Shown here in pieces: positions 35,787 through 43,100 of a DNA stretch of 43,100 bases. Numbering within the stretch: the stretch's first letter is position 1; every line of letters starts with the position of its first letter. The notes below the pieces were generated by a model that saw nothing but the letters and a program-made list of their open reading frames with translations, was not told where the DNA came from and made no database searches. A program made the translations under genes and the position numbers. The DNA lies in NCBI GenBank assembly GCA_043750125.1, contig JAYVCD010000353.1, positions 1 through 43,100 on the forward strand, read 5' to 3'. Source of the stretch: Archangiaceae bacterium. GTDB lineage: Bacteria > Myxococcota > Myxococcia > Myxococcales > Myxococcaceae.

Positions 35787-36958
35787 AGGTGCTGATGGCG
35801 ATGCCGTTTTCTCCGGTACCCCCGGACTTCGGCGGAGCGCTGCGCGTCTACCATCTGCTTCGCCAGGTCGCGCGGCGCCACGAGGTGACGGTGCTCACCT
35901 ACGGCACGCCTGAAGATGCGGGGCGAATTCGCAGCGAGTTCGACCTGCGCGAAGTTCGAGTGGTGGCTCCGACCTGGAAAGCGTCCCGTCGGCGCGCCGG
36001 CCAGGTGTTCTCGAGCTTCACCCGCCACAGCTTCTTTCAAGCGTCCGTGACCGCTTCGGCCTTTCAGGACGAGCTCGACGCGCTGCTGAAGGACGAACAG
36101 TTCGACGTGGTGCAGACCGAGTTTTCGCACCTGGGCCCGTTTGAGCTCAAGACCCGCGCGCTGAAGATCCTCGATACGCACAACGTGGAATACGACAACT
36201 TTCGGCGCATGTTTCAGAGCACTCCGTGGGGAATCAAGAAGCTCCACTACGGGCTCGAGTTCAAGAAGATGAAGGCCGACGAGCTGGCCTGGTGCCGGCT
36301 GCAGGACCTGGTGTTGACCACCTCGGAACGGGACAAAGAGCTGTTCAGCCAGGATCTTCAGACCCCGATTCACGTCATCCCCAACGGAATGGACGGCGAG
36401 TACTTCATCCCCCGAAGTGACGTGACGCCCGAAGAGCACTCGCTGGTCTTCACCGGAATGATGGCCTACGTGCCGAACCACGACGGGATCACCTGGTTTC
36501 TCGACGAGGTGTTGCCGCTGATTCAGGCGAAGGTTCCGAAGGTGAAGCTGTACGTGGTGGGCAAGAGCCCGCCTGAGGAAATCACCCGACGGGCGAGCCC
36601 GAATGTGGTCGTCACCGGCACCGTGCCCGACGTGCGGCCCTACGTCTGGCGCTCGAGCGTCTACGTGGTGCCGCTGCGCATGGGCGGCGGGACTCGGCTG
36701 AAAGTCGCCGAGGCGCTGTCGATGAAGAAGCCCATGGTCTCGACCCGCATCGGCTGCGAAGGCATCGACTTGCAAGACGGGAAGAGCGTGCTGATGGCCG
36801 ATTCGCCCAGAGATTTTGCCGACGCGGTGGTGCGCTTGTTGGGCGATGCGAAGCTGCGCACGGTGCTGGCCGAGAACGGAGCCAGGGTCGCTCAACAGAA
36901 ATACGATTGGAACGTGATCGGCCAGAGCCTCGAAGCGCTGTACCCACAGGCGCGCTGA
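35783..36958 (+). CDS. Glycosyltransferase family 4 (GT-B)
   Basis: GTG 35783 (GTGA overlap); P.PPDFGG..R, VIPNG, GGGTRLKVAEA..PMVST..GCEGI, YDW. Confidence 0.9.
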   Translation: MKVLMAMPFSPVPPDFGGALRVYHLLRQVARRHEVTVLTYGTPEDAGRIRSEFDLREVRVVAPTWKASRRRAGQVFSSFTRHSFFQASVTASAFQDELDALLKDEQFDVVQTEFSHLGPFELKTRALKILDTHNVEYDNFRRMFQSTPWGIKKLHYGLEFKKMKADELAWCRLQDLVLTTSERDKELFSQDLQTPIHVIPNGMDGEYFIPRSDVTPEEHSLVFTGMMAYVPNHDGITWFLDEVLPLIQAKVPKVKLYVVGKSPPEEITRRASPNVVVTGTVPDVRPYVWRSSVYVVPLRMGGGTRLKVAEALSMKKPMVSTRIGCEGIDLQDGKSVLMADSPRDFADAVVRLLGDAKLRTVLAENGARVAQQKYDWNVIGQSLEALYPQAR

Positions 36959-36984
36959 CGCTCGAACGTGGTTTGATCGAAGCC

Positions 36985-38043
36985 ATGAACTTCGATCGGC
37001 CCGATTCGGAAATCGATGCCTGGCTGGAAGGGTTCCGCTCGCAAATAGACGAGCTTGGATCCGAGGCTGCGGGCGAGGTGATGCGCTCGGGAAAGCTGCG
37101 TGGGGGCGATCTGGTGGACGCCCTCGAAGCGTGTGCGCGTGAAGGAGGCAAGGCCTGCACCCAGCTGCTGGACGAAGGGGCCACCGTGCCGTCGTGGGTC
37201 GACTTCGAACAGATGAAGTCGGGCTCGCGGCTCGGGCTGCGCACGCCGGTACAGTCGGGGCTCGCATTAGTGTTGGGCAGCCTGGTCGAAAGCTACGCGT
37301 CGGCGAAGGGCGCGAAGGTGCTGATCCGCGGAGGCCGACTGGAATCGCAGGTGATTGCACGGCTGCGCGACACCACGAGTTTCGTGCTCCAGGTCGCGAG
37401 CGCCCGCGGACCCCGGCCGGGCACCCCGGCCCATCGCCACATCGTTCGAACTCGAATGGTGCACGCCTTTGTTCGCCACGGGGTGCTCAAGCGAAACGAC
37501 TGGCGCGAGGAATGGGGCAAGCCCATCAACCAGGAAGACTACGCGAGCACCTTGCTGGCCTTCTGCCACGTGTACTTGAGGTGCATGCACGCGCTGGGCG
37601 TCTTCGTCACCGACGAGGAAGAGCGCTCGGTTCACCACCTGTATCGCTGGGTCGGTCAGGTGATGGGGGTCGCGCCCGAGCTGCTCTCGGCGACCCGGGA
37701 AGAAGAACGGCTGCTCTACCAGCACATCACCCGTCGCCAGCTTCACCCCGATGACGACAGCCGGGTGCTGGCGCACGCGCTGATTTCCGCCCTGGCGGGA
37801 CGCGGGCCCCTGTTTCTTCCCGCGGCGGCGCTCGAAGGGTTGAGCCGGCAGATGCTGGGCGACTGCCTGGCCGACGGGCTGGGCTTCAGCCGCTCGGGCC
37901 GGTGGACCCGCGTGGGCCGGGTGCTGCCGGTGGCGAGCCGGGTGCAGCGGGTGGCCGAGCGGCTGCCCGGAATGTTGCCCCGCCTCGAATCGATGGGCGA
38001 GCGCGTCGCGCGGCTGATCTTCACCCGCGGGTTAAACCCGTAA
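36985..38043 (+). CDS. MpaB/DUF2236-family (Lcp-like) heme oxygenase-domain protein
   Basis: VPSWVD, RL.DT, RMVHAFVR, WGKPINQED..TL.F, R.VG..MGV. Confidence 0.8.
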   Translation: MNFDRPDSEIDAWLEGFRSQIDELGSEAAGEVMRSGKLRGGDLVDALEACAREGGKACTQLLDEGATVPSWVDFEQMKSGSRLGLRTPVQSGLALVLGSLVESYASAKGAKVLIRGGRLESQVIARLRDTTSFVLQVASARGPRPGTPAHRHIVRTRMVHAFVRHGVLKRNDWREEWGKPINQEDYASTLLAFCHVYLRCMHALGVFVTDEEERSVHHLYRWVGQVMGVAPELLSATREEERLLYQHITRRQLHPDDDSRVLAHALISALAGRGPLFLPAAALEGLSRQMLGDCLADGLGFSRSGRWTRVGRVLPVASRVQRVAERLPGMLPRLESMGERVARLIFTRGLNP

Positions 38044-38044
38044 G

Positions 38045-40360
38045 CTACTTCTTCTTTTTCACCACCCGCGCGAGCGCGATCGCTTCCCAGAATTGGGCCC
38101 GGGCGGTGCGGGCGGGCCACTGTCCATCGAGTGCCTGCCGGGCTTCGAGCAGACGGCGGGCCGCAGCCAGCAGCGGCAGGGCCTCGGTGTTGTTCCCCAG
38201 CGCCAGTTGGCACACGCCCAGCTCGAGGCGCGCGAGCTCGGAAGTCGCACCTTCCGGACCTTGCGCCAGCACCCGGGCCGCAACGTCTCGGGCTTGAAGC
38301 ACCGCTCCGGCCTCGCGCGCGAGCCGCGCGAGGTGAAGACGGACCAGCCCCGAGCCCGGCTGCGAGGCGAGCCGAAGCTCGGAAAGCTCGAGCAGGCGTT
38401 GGGCGCTGCGAGGGTGGGCGGGAAGCTGCTCGAGGCCATCGGCCACCCCCAGCAGCGTCGGCACCACCGGTTCGCGCGCCTGACTCAACGCGGTCAACGC
38501 AATCTCGAACTCGCGCTCGAAGTCCGGGGCCTTGCGCGCGCGCTCGGCGAGCACCACGCAGTGCAGGGCATGGTTTGCCCCCAGCAGCGCATCGAGGACA
38601 TCGAGCCGGGTGAACGCTTCGGCCTGGGGCGCCATTCGCAGCTGGGCCAATTGCAGCGTGGCGTTGAGCTCTTTGCGCTGCGGAAACCGCTGCACCAGGT
38701 CCGACGCGTAGGCGGCCCACATCAGCCCTTCATCGGTGCGTCCCTGGCGAACGCCGACGATGCGGGCCAGGCAGACCCAGGCGGCGGCCCGCGATTCGTC
38801 GGTGGCCCCTTCGGCTGCGCGCGCGGCCAGATGCAGCGTCTGTTCGGCGAGCTTCAGCTCTCCCAGTCGCTCGTAGCTCAGCCCCTTCAAGCGCAGCGCG
38901 GCGCTTCGAAGCTCGGGGCTGGCCTGGGCCCGCGCCTCCTTCTCGGCGGCGTCGGCCAGCCCTTGCACCTCGAGCCAAGCCCCGTCGAGCCACGCCCGGT
39001 TCGCGAGCGCCACCGCCCGTCGGGCCGGCGCCAACTGTTGGTAGACGTCGAACGCAGTCGCCGCGTCGGTCGAAAGACAAGCTTCCGGAGGAGCGGCCTC
39101 GTCGAGCAGCTGTCGGCCTTCGGACGAGCCTTCGCTGAGGGCGGTCGACGCCTCGAGAAATTCCCGTTGCCGTTCCGAAAGACACTGTTGCTCGCGAAGC
39201 AGCTGTTCGCCCGGCGCGTTGGCCGCAAAATCGGAACAGACCCGCCGGGCGGTGGCCGAAAGACCGTCGAGCCAGGTGTCCATCTGCGAGAGCACCCCGT
39301 CGGGATCTGCGCCCAGCTGGGCCAGGGTCCGGGCGCGCTGGGTCTGATGCCACTGCTCAGAGATCTCGACCTGCTTGGGCGCGCACCCCAACGCGGATCG
39401 CGGCTTGAGCACCGCGGCTCCGACCGAGGCGCTGGCGATCACCGACAGCGAGGCGATGATCGCGAGCATTCGCCGGTCGGCGGGAAGGCGGAACTTCAGC
39501 TGCCGCATCAATTCGCCCATCGAAGCAAACCGATGCTCGGGCAGGTCCTGCATTCCGCGCTTGAGCAGCGGCAGCAGCGCGCGGGGAAGATCGATCTTCG
39601 TGGCCGGCGCCGCGTACTGCTGCCGTTGGATTCGCAGCAGCTGCCCTTCGTCGCATGCGGCCCCGAAGGGCAGGGTGGAATGAAGGGCCTCGTACAGGGC
39701 GACGCAGAAGCTGAATTGGTCGCTGCGCGCATCGGTGCGGTAGCCCAACAGCTGCTCGGGCGACATGAAGCCGGGGGTTCCGGCCACGGTGGTGAGCGCT
39801 CCCGAGGCCGTCGGCGGAGGCTTGAGCATCGTGTTCCGAGCGATTCCGAAGTCGAGCAGCTGAACCCGCCCGTCCTGCCGAAGGATGACGTTGGTAGGCT
39901 TGAAGTCGCGGTGGACCAGTCCGGCGAGGTGCGCGGCGTGCAGCCCCCGACCTGCCTGCAGAAACACCTCGAGCACTTCGCGCCAGGTGCGCAGCTTCGC
40001 TTTCAGCCACCGCTCGAGCGTCAGCCCGTCGGCGTATTCCAGTGCGAGGTACGCCCGGCCGTTCTCTTCCCCGACCTCGTGCACCGCCACGACGTTGGGG
40101 TGATTGAGTCGAGCCAGCGCCCGCGCTTCGCTCAGCAGTTGTTCCCGGCTGCTCTGTTCCAGCCCCGGAAAGAGCAACTTGAGCGCGATCTTCCGGTCGA
40201 GGGTCGGGTCGAAGGCTGCGTAGACCTCGCCCATTCCTCCCGTGCCGAGCAGCTCGAGCAGGACGTAGCGGCCGACTTTTTTGGGTGGAGGCGGAGGGGC
40301 CCGCATTCCCGGCGGGGTGGGGGAATTCTGGCCGCGATCGGGGATGGTTTCGTCAGCCAT
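38045..40360 (-). CDS. Hanks-type Ser/Thr protein kinase with TM and C-terminal TPR-like region
   Basis: GTGGMG, IALK, HRDFKPTN, DFG, GTPGFMSPE, DQFS. Confidence 0.93.
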   Translation of the reverse strand: MADETIPDRGQNSPTPPGMRAPPPPPKKVGRYVLLELLGTGGMGEVYAAFDPTLDRKIALKLLFPGLEQSSREQLLSEARALARLNHPNVVAVHEVGEENGRAYLALEYADGLTLERWLKAKLRTWREVLEVFLQAGRGLHAAHLAGLVHRDFKPTNVILRQDGRVQLLDFGIARNTMLKPPPTASGALTTVAGTPGFMSPEQLLGYRTDARSDQFSFCVALYEALHSTLPFGAACDEGQLLRIQRQQYAAPATKIDLPRALLPLLKRGMQDLPEHRFASMGELMRQLKFRLPADRRMLAIIASLSVIASASVGAAVLKPRSALGCAPKQVEISEQWHQTQRARTLAQLGADPDGVLSQMDTWLDGLSATARRVCSDFAANAPGEQLLREQQCLSERQREFLEASTALSEGSSEGRQLLDEAAPPEACLSTDAATAFDVYQQLAPARRAVALANRAWLDGAWLEVQGLADAAEKEARAQASPELRSAALRLKGLSYERLGELKLAEQTLHLAARAAEGATDESRAAAWVCLARIVGVRQGRTDEGLMWAAYASDLVQRFPQRKELNATLQLAQLRMAPQAEAFTRLDVLDALLGANHALHCVVLAERARKAPDFEREFEIALTALSQAREPVVPTLLGVADGLEQLPAHPRSAQRLLELSELRLASQPGSGLVRLHLARLAREAGAVLQARDVAARVLAQGPEGATSELARLELGVCQLALGNNTEALPLLAAARRLLEARQALDGQWPARTARAQFWEAIALARVVKKKK

Positions 40361-40472
40361 TCGTGCGTGAGGCTACCGGTTCTAAGGGGGCAATGTGCCT
40401 CACCGTGGCGCGGCCGCGAACACAACCTGATGATCAGTGGTGGGTGCAGAGGCGACAAGTACGGCCCAGCTG

Positions 40473-40889
40473 ATGCAGCCGTCCGAACCGAACGCAGCAC
40501 CTACTCCGGAGGCTCAGATGATCAACGACCCATCGACGTACGTTCCTGAAGCGGTTGGACTCGCAGCCGAGACCGCAGACCGTCTCAGCAAGTCAGCTCA
40601 CGATGCGAAGGATGTTGCCGCCGAGGCTTCCCGCCGGGCCCAGGTGGAATTCAAGAAGGTCCGCGAAGAGCTGGCGCGCGTCGCCGCGAGGACCGAAGCG
40701 CTGGCGAGGGCAAATCCGTGGGCGAGCGCGGGCACGATGCTCGGGGTGGGAATCGTCCTGGGCGCAGTCGGCTACCGGCTGTTCACTCCGAAGCCGACGC
40801 TGGGTCGGATGCTGGGCGTCAGCGGTTTGCCCGAGTCTGCCCGCAGCGAATTCAAGCGGCAGCTGAAGGCGCTCAAAAAGCTCTTCTAG
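40473..40889 (+). CDS. Hypothetical protein, DUF883/ElaB-like (coiled region, NPW motif, TM)
   Basis: Helical N-terminus then RANPWASAGTMLGVGIVLG; start uncertain (40473 or 40518). Confidence 0.6.
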   Translation: MQPSEPNAAPTPEAQMINDPSTYVPEAVGLAAETADRLSKSAHDAKDVAAEASRRAQVEFKKVREELARVAARTEALARANPWASAGTMLGVGIVLGAVGYRLFTPKPTLGRMLGVSGLPESARSEFKRQLKALKKLF

Positions 40890-40895
40890 GAAGTT

Positions 40896-41705
40896 TCACT
40901 GTCCTGCGTCGGCTGCCGGTGCCTTCACCGGGCGGCAGTCGGCGTCGAGCAGCTCGGGGCGATATTCGAAGTGCATCGTGTCGTAGTGAAGCCACCGACC
41001 GCCCCAGATGAACCCTTCGGCTTCGAAGGCATCCACCACCGACTGGGGCACCTTGTTTCTCCATTTCAGCGGGAGCTTCGGCCTCTGCCAGCGCCAGTAG
41101 TACCCGCGCTCGACGTTGAGGTCGATGGCAATTCCCCAGGCATGGGTCGACAGGCTCTTGCTTCGAGCGATGGTTCGCCACTGCCAGGTGCCCCCAATCT
41201 GGGTGAAGAAGGGGAGCAGCTTCGGGTTTTCTTTCGCCGCAGCTTCCAGACGCGCAACGACCCGCTCGAGTGCGGGCACGGCGCGTTGGTGAAACGCGTA
41301 GCGAACGCCGAAAAACCGAATCTTTCCGAGCTGCTCGGTGACCTCTTTTCGGTTGGCTCCGTAGGTGGCGTAGAACAAAGGCTCGACCCGCCTTCGGCCC
41401 GGATCTTCGATGTCTCCTTCGCCGTGCACCGGGACGATCTGCCCGGTGAGGTAGGGCACGGTGAACAGTTCCTCGAGGTCCGGATCTTCGAGCGTCTCTT
41501 CCGCGCTCTTGGTGCGACGATCGTCCCACGCCAGGGTTCCTGCATCGGGAAGTTGCCACGCCCAGCCTCCGTCCAGCTGTACCGGCTTGCCCACGTAGTA
41601 CTTGCCCAGGCAGGCCAGCCCCGACGGAATCTCAACGTCGCCTTTGATCCGGCGAAGGCTGCTCGCGTCATCGACGGCCATCAACAGAAGAAGGACGGGC
41701 AGCAC
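40896..41705 (-). CDS. M15-family metallopeptidase (peptidoglycan peptidase)
   Basis: STHAWGIAIDLN (SxHxxGxAxD), FIWGGRW, DTMHFEY; probable GTG start 41705. Confidence 0.88.
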   Translation of the reverse strand: MLPVLLLLMAVDDASSLRRIKGDVEIPSGLACLGKYYVGKPVQLDGGWAWQLPDAGTLAWDDRRTKSAEETLEDPDLEELFTVPYLTGQIVPVHGEGDIEDPGRRRVEPLFYATYGANRKEVTEQLGKIRFFGVRYAFHQRAVPALERVVARLEAAAKENPKLLPFFTQIGGTWQWRTIARSKSLSTHAWGIAIDLNVERGYYWRWQRPKLPLKWRNKVPQSVVDAFEAEGFIWGGRWLHYDTMHFEYRPELLDADCRPVKAPAADAGQ

Positions 41706-41729
41706 GTGCGACGGGAGATTACCCCGCCG

Positions 41730-41905
41730 CAACCGTCGCGGTGATGATGACTGCCGGAGTTCGAAGCCCGGCCGTGCGTGCGCTGTTGAGGACCTGAAGA
41801 CCGGTCATCCTCGAGGTCTTTTGCGATCGCGATCAGGATCTCGTCTGCGTGATCTCGCAGCTCTGAGATGTTCATCGACTCGGGGCTGGAAGCAGGTTTC
41901 TTCAT
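41730..41905 (-). pseudogene. Decayed fragment resembling the RsbRD_N-type N-terminus of sensor kinases
   Basis: ESMNISELRDHADEILIAIAKDL followed, in a shifted frame, by AHARPGFELRQ..RLR; no downstream kinase domain. Confidence 0.45.
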
Positions 41906-41939
41906 AGGAACGCTCGCGGCTGCCGCGTTAAGAGGCCCA

Positions 41940-42269
41940 ATGCCCACCACGCTCTACTTAAAGAAGGGTTGAACCGGCTGCACCAAAGCGCGGGAGTTTC
42001 TCGCGCAAAAAAAACACGACGTGACCGAACGCGATCTGGTCAAGCAACCGCTGACCGCCCCCGAGCTGAAGGCGCTCGCCAAACGACTGGGAGGAATTCG
42101 CCACCTGGTCGGCCCGAAGCGGGTGGCTGAAACCGCGGCGCTCACCGACGCTCAGCTGGTCGAGCACCTGGTGGCGAACCCCGGGCACGTGCGCCGGCCG
42201 CTGATCGACACCGGGAAGGTCCTCACCGCGGGCTTCAAAGCAGACGCGCGTGAAGCGTTGGGTGGCTGA
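41940..42269 (+). CDS. ArsC/Spx-family thioredoxin-fold selenoprotein (UxxC)
   Basis: ATG 41940 after AAGAGG: MPTTLYLKKG-U(TGA 41970)-TGCTKAREFL, in frame with ORF 42021-42269 (RDLVKQPL..EL, NP..VRRPLI..GF). Confidence 0.82.
41988..42006 (+). promoter_or_regulatory. Bacterial SECIS-like hairpin
   Basis: GCGCGGGA-GTT-TCTCGCGC stem-loop; loop starts with G, 23 nt after the TGA. Confidence 0.65.
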
Positions 42270-42276
42270 AAAGGGC

Positions 42277-42828
42277 CTACTCGATCACCACCAGCTTGCT
42301 CCCGTTCTCGACCGTGGTTCCCTCGACCGCGGTGACCTCGGTGACCTTGCCGGCTTTCGGGGCCTTGAGCTCGTTTTCCATCTTCATCGCCTCGACCACC
42401 ACGACGCTCTGGCCTTCGGTCACGTCGTCTCCGACTTTGACGAACACCTTCACCACCTTGCCCGGCATCGGCGAGGTGAGGGTCTGCTTGCCTTCGACGG
42501 TGAAGATCGCAGTCGCCTCGCGAAGCCGCGCCCGCCGTTCGTCCACGATGTCGACGGTGGTCAACTGCCCCTTGAGCATCACCGCCACTTCGTCGCCCCG
42601 TTCTTCGAACTCGAAGGCATGGCTGTCTCCATCGAGCAGCATCGAGACCGCGCCATGCGGCAGCGAGAGCGCTTCGAGCTGATGGCGCACTCCGTCCATC
42701 GTCACCGCGTAGACCCCTTCGGAAAGCTTCTCGACCAGCAGCTCTCTTTTGCTCGCGAGAGCGGGCGGGGTGCCGGTGCTGCCCGCCCGCGGTTTGACGG
42801 CGGCGAGGTATTTGGTGGTGCGAGCCAT
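42277..42828 (-). CDS. Biotin carboxyl carrier protein of an acyl-CoA carboxylase
   Basis: SPMPGKVV and EAMKMENEL biotinylation motif. Confidence 0.92.
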   Translation of the reverse strand: MARTTKYLAAVKPRAGSTGTPPALASKRELLVEKLSEGVYAVTMDGVRHQLEALSLPHGAVSMLLDGDSHAFEFEERGDEVAVMLKGQLTTVDIVDERRARLREATAIFTVEGKQTLTSPMPGKVVKVFVKVGDDVTEGQSVVVVEAMKMENELKAPKAGKVTEVTAVEGTTVENGSKLVVIE

Positions 42829-43100
42829 TACGCGCGCCTCCCGAAGCTCTTCGCGTTCCAGCGTGAGCCGGTTTTCCCCGGGTGCGACGACGCGGGCAGA
42901 GTCCGGGCCTGCTTCTCCGAGCGCTGGTGGGCGTAGACCGCAGCAGCCATCACCGCTGCGTCGGTGAGCTTCGCGTCTTCGGTGCCCAGCAATTCCTGGT
43001 GCGAACGACCCAGAAAGCCGGTGTCGTAGTCGCCCTTGACGAAGTCCGGGTGGGCGCAGATCGCCTCGAGGTAGCGCAGGTTGGTGGTGATGCCCTTGAC
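42828..43100 (-). CDS. Biotin carboxylase subunit, C-terminal part (partial)
   Basis: Manual translation VKGITTNLRYLEAICAHPDFVKGDYDTGFL..; TAA overlaps the ATG of the carrier gene. Confidence 0.85.
   Translation of the reverse strand, partial: VKGITTNLRYLEAICAHPDFVKGDYDTGFLGRSHQELLGTEDAKLTDAAVMAAAVYAHQRSEKQARTLPASSHPGKTGSRWNAKSFGRRA

Noticed and set aside
38093-40549. Long antisense and alternative-frame ORFs (also 1777-3402, 4805-6490, 31003-32385, 35660-37360 and others)
   Set aside because: Shadow ORFs of high-GC genes that overlap well-supported CDSs and carry no motifs.

Overview
High-GC window with gene content typical of Myxococcota (inferred from gene families, not from a marker gene). 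From left to right: a redBCDEF-like multi-component signalling operon with an extra receiver; an ECF sigma/FecR-TPR anti-sigma cassette bracketed by two lipoproteins that share a 6-Cys module; an ABC exporter pair; a Cys-rich lipoprotein; an HprK-related P-loop kinase; an acyltransferase-3/SGNH pair; a DUF1592/DUF1552 pair; a CapA-family protein; a RiPP-like operon; a partial Wzy-type exopolysaccharide cluster; an MpaB-like oxygenase; a Ser/Thr kinase; an M15 peptidase; and biotin carboxylase genes. The RiPP-like operon (stand-alone PqqD/RRE, lipoprotein, 1042-aa secreted Ig/beta-propeller protein, 56-aa precursor with a YxxP leader and 4-Cys core, second HprK-related kinase) has no cyclase, protease or radical SAM gene and is the best candidate for an undescribed system. 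Two further signals are missed by the ORF track: an ArsC/Spx-family UxxC selenoprotein with an in-frame TGA and SECIS-like hairpin (41940-42269), and an apparent +1 frameshift near the 5' end of both HprK-related kinase paralogues. No rRNA, tRNA, CRISPR array or mobile element was recognised. All family calls come from motif recognition by eye.
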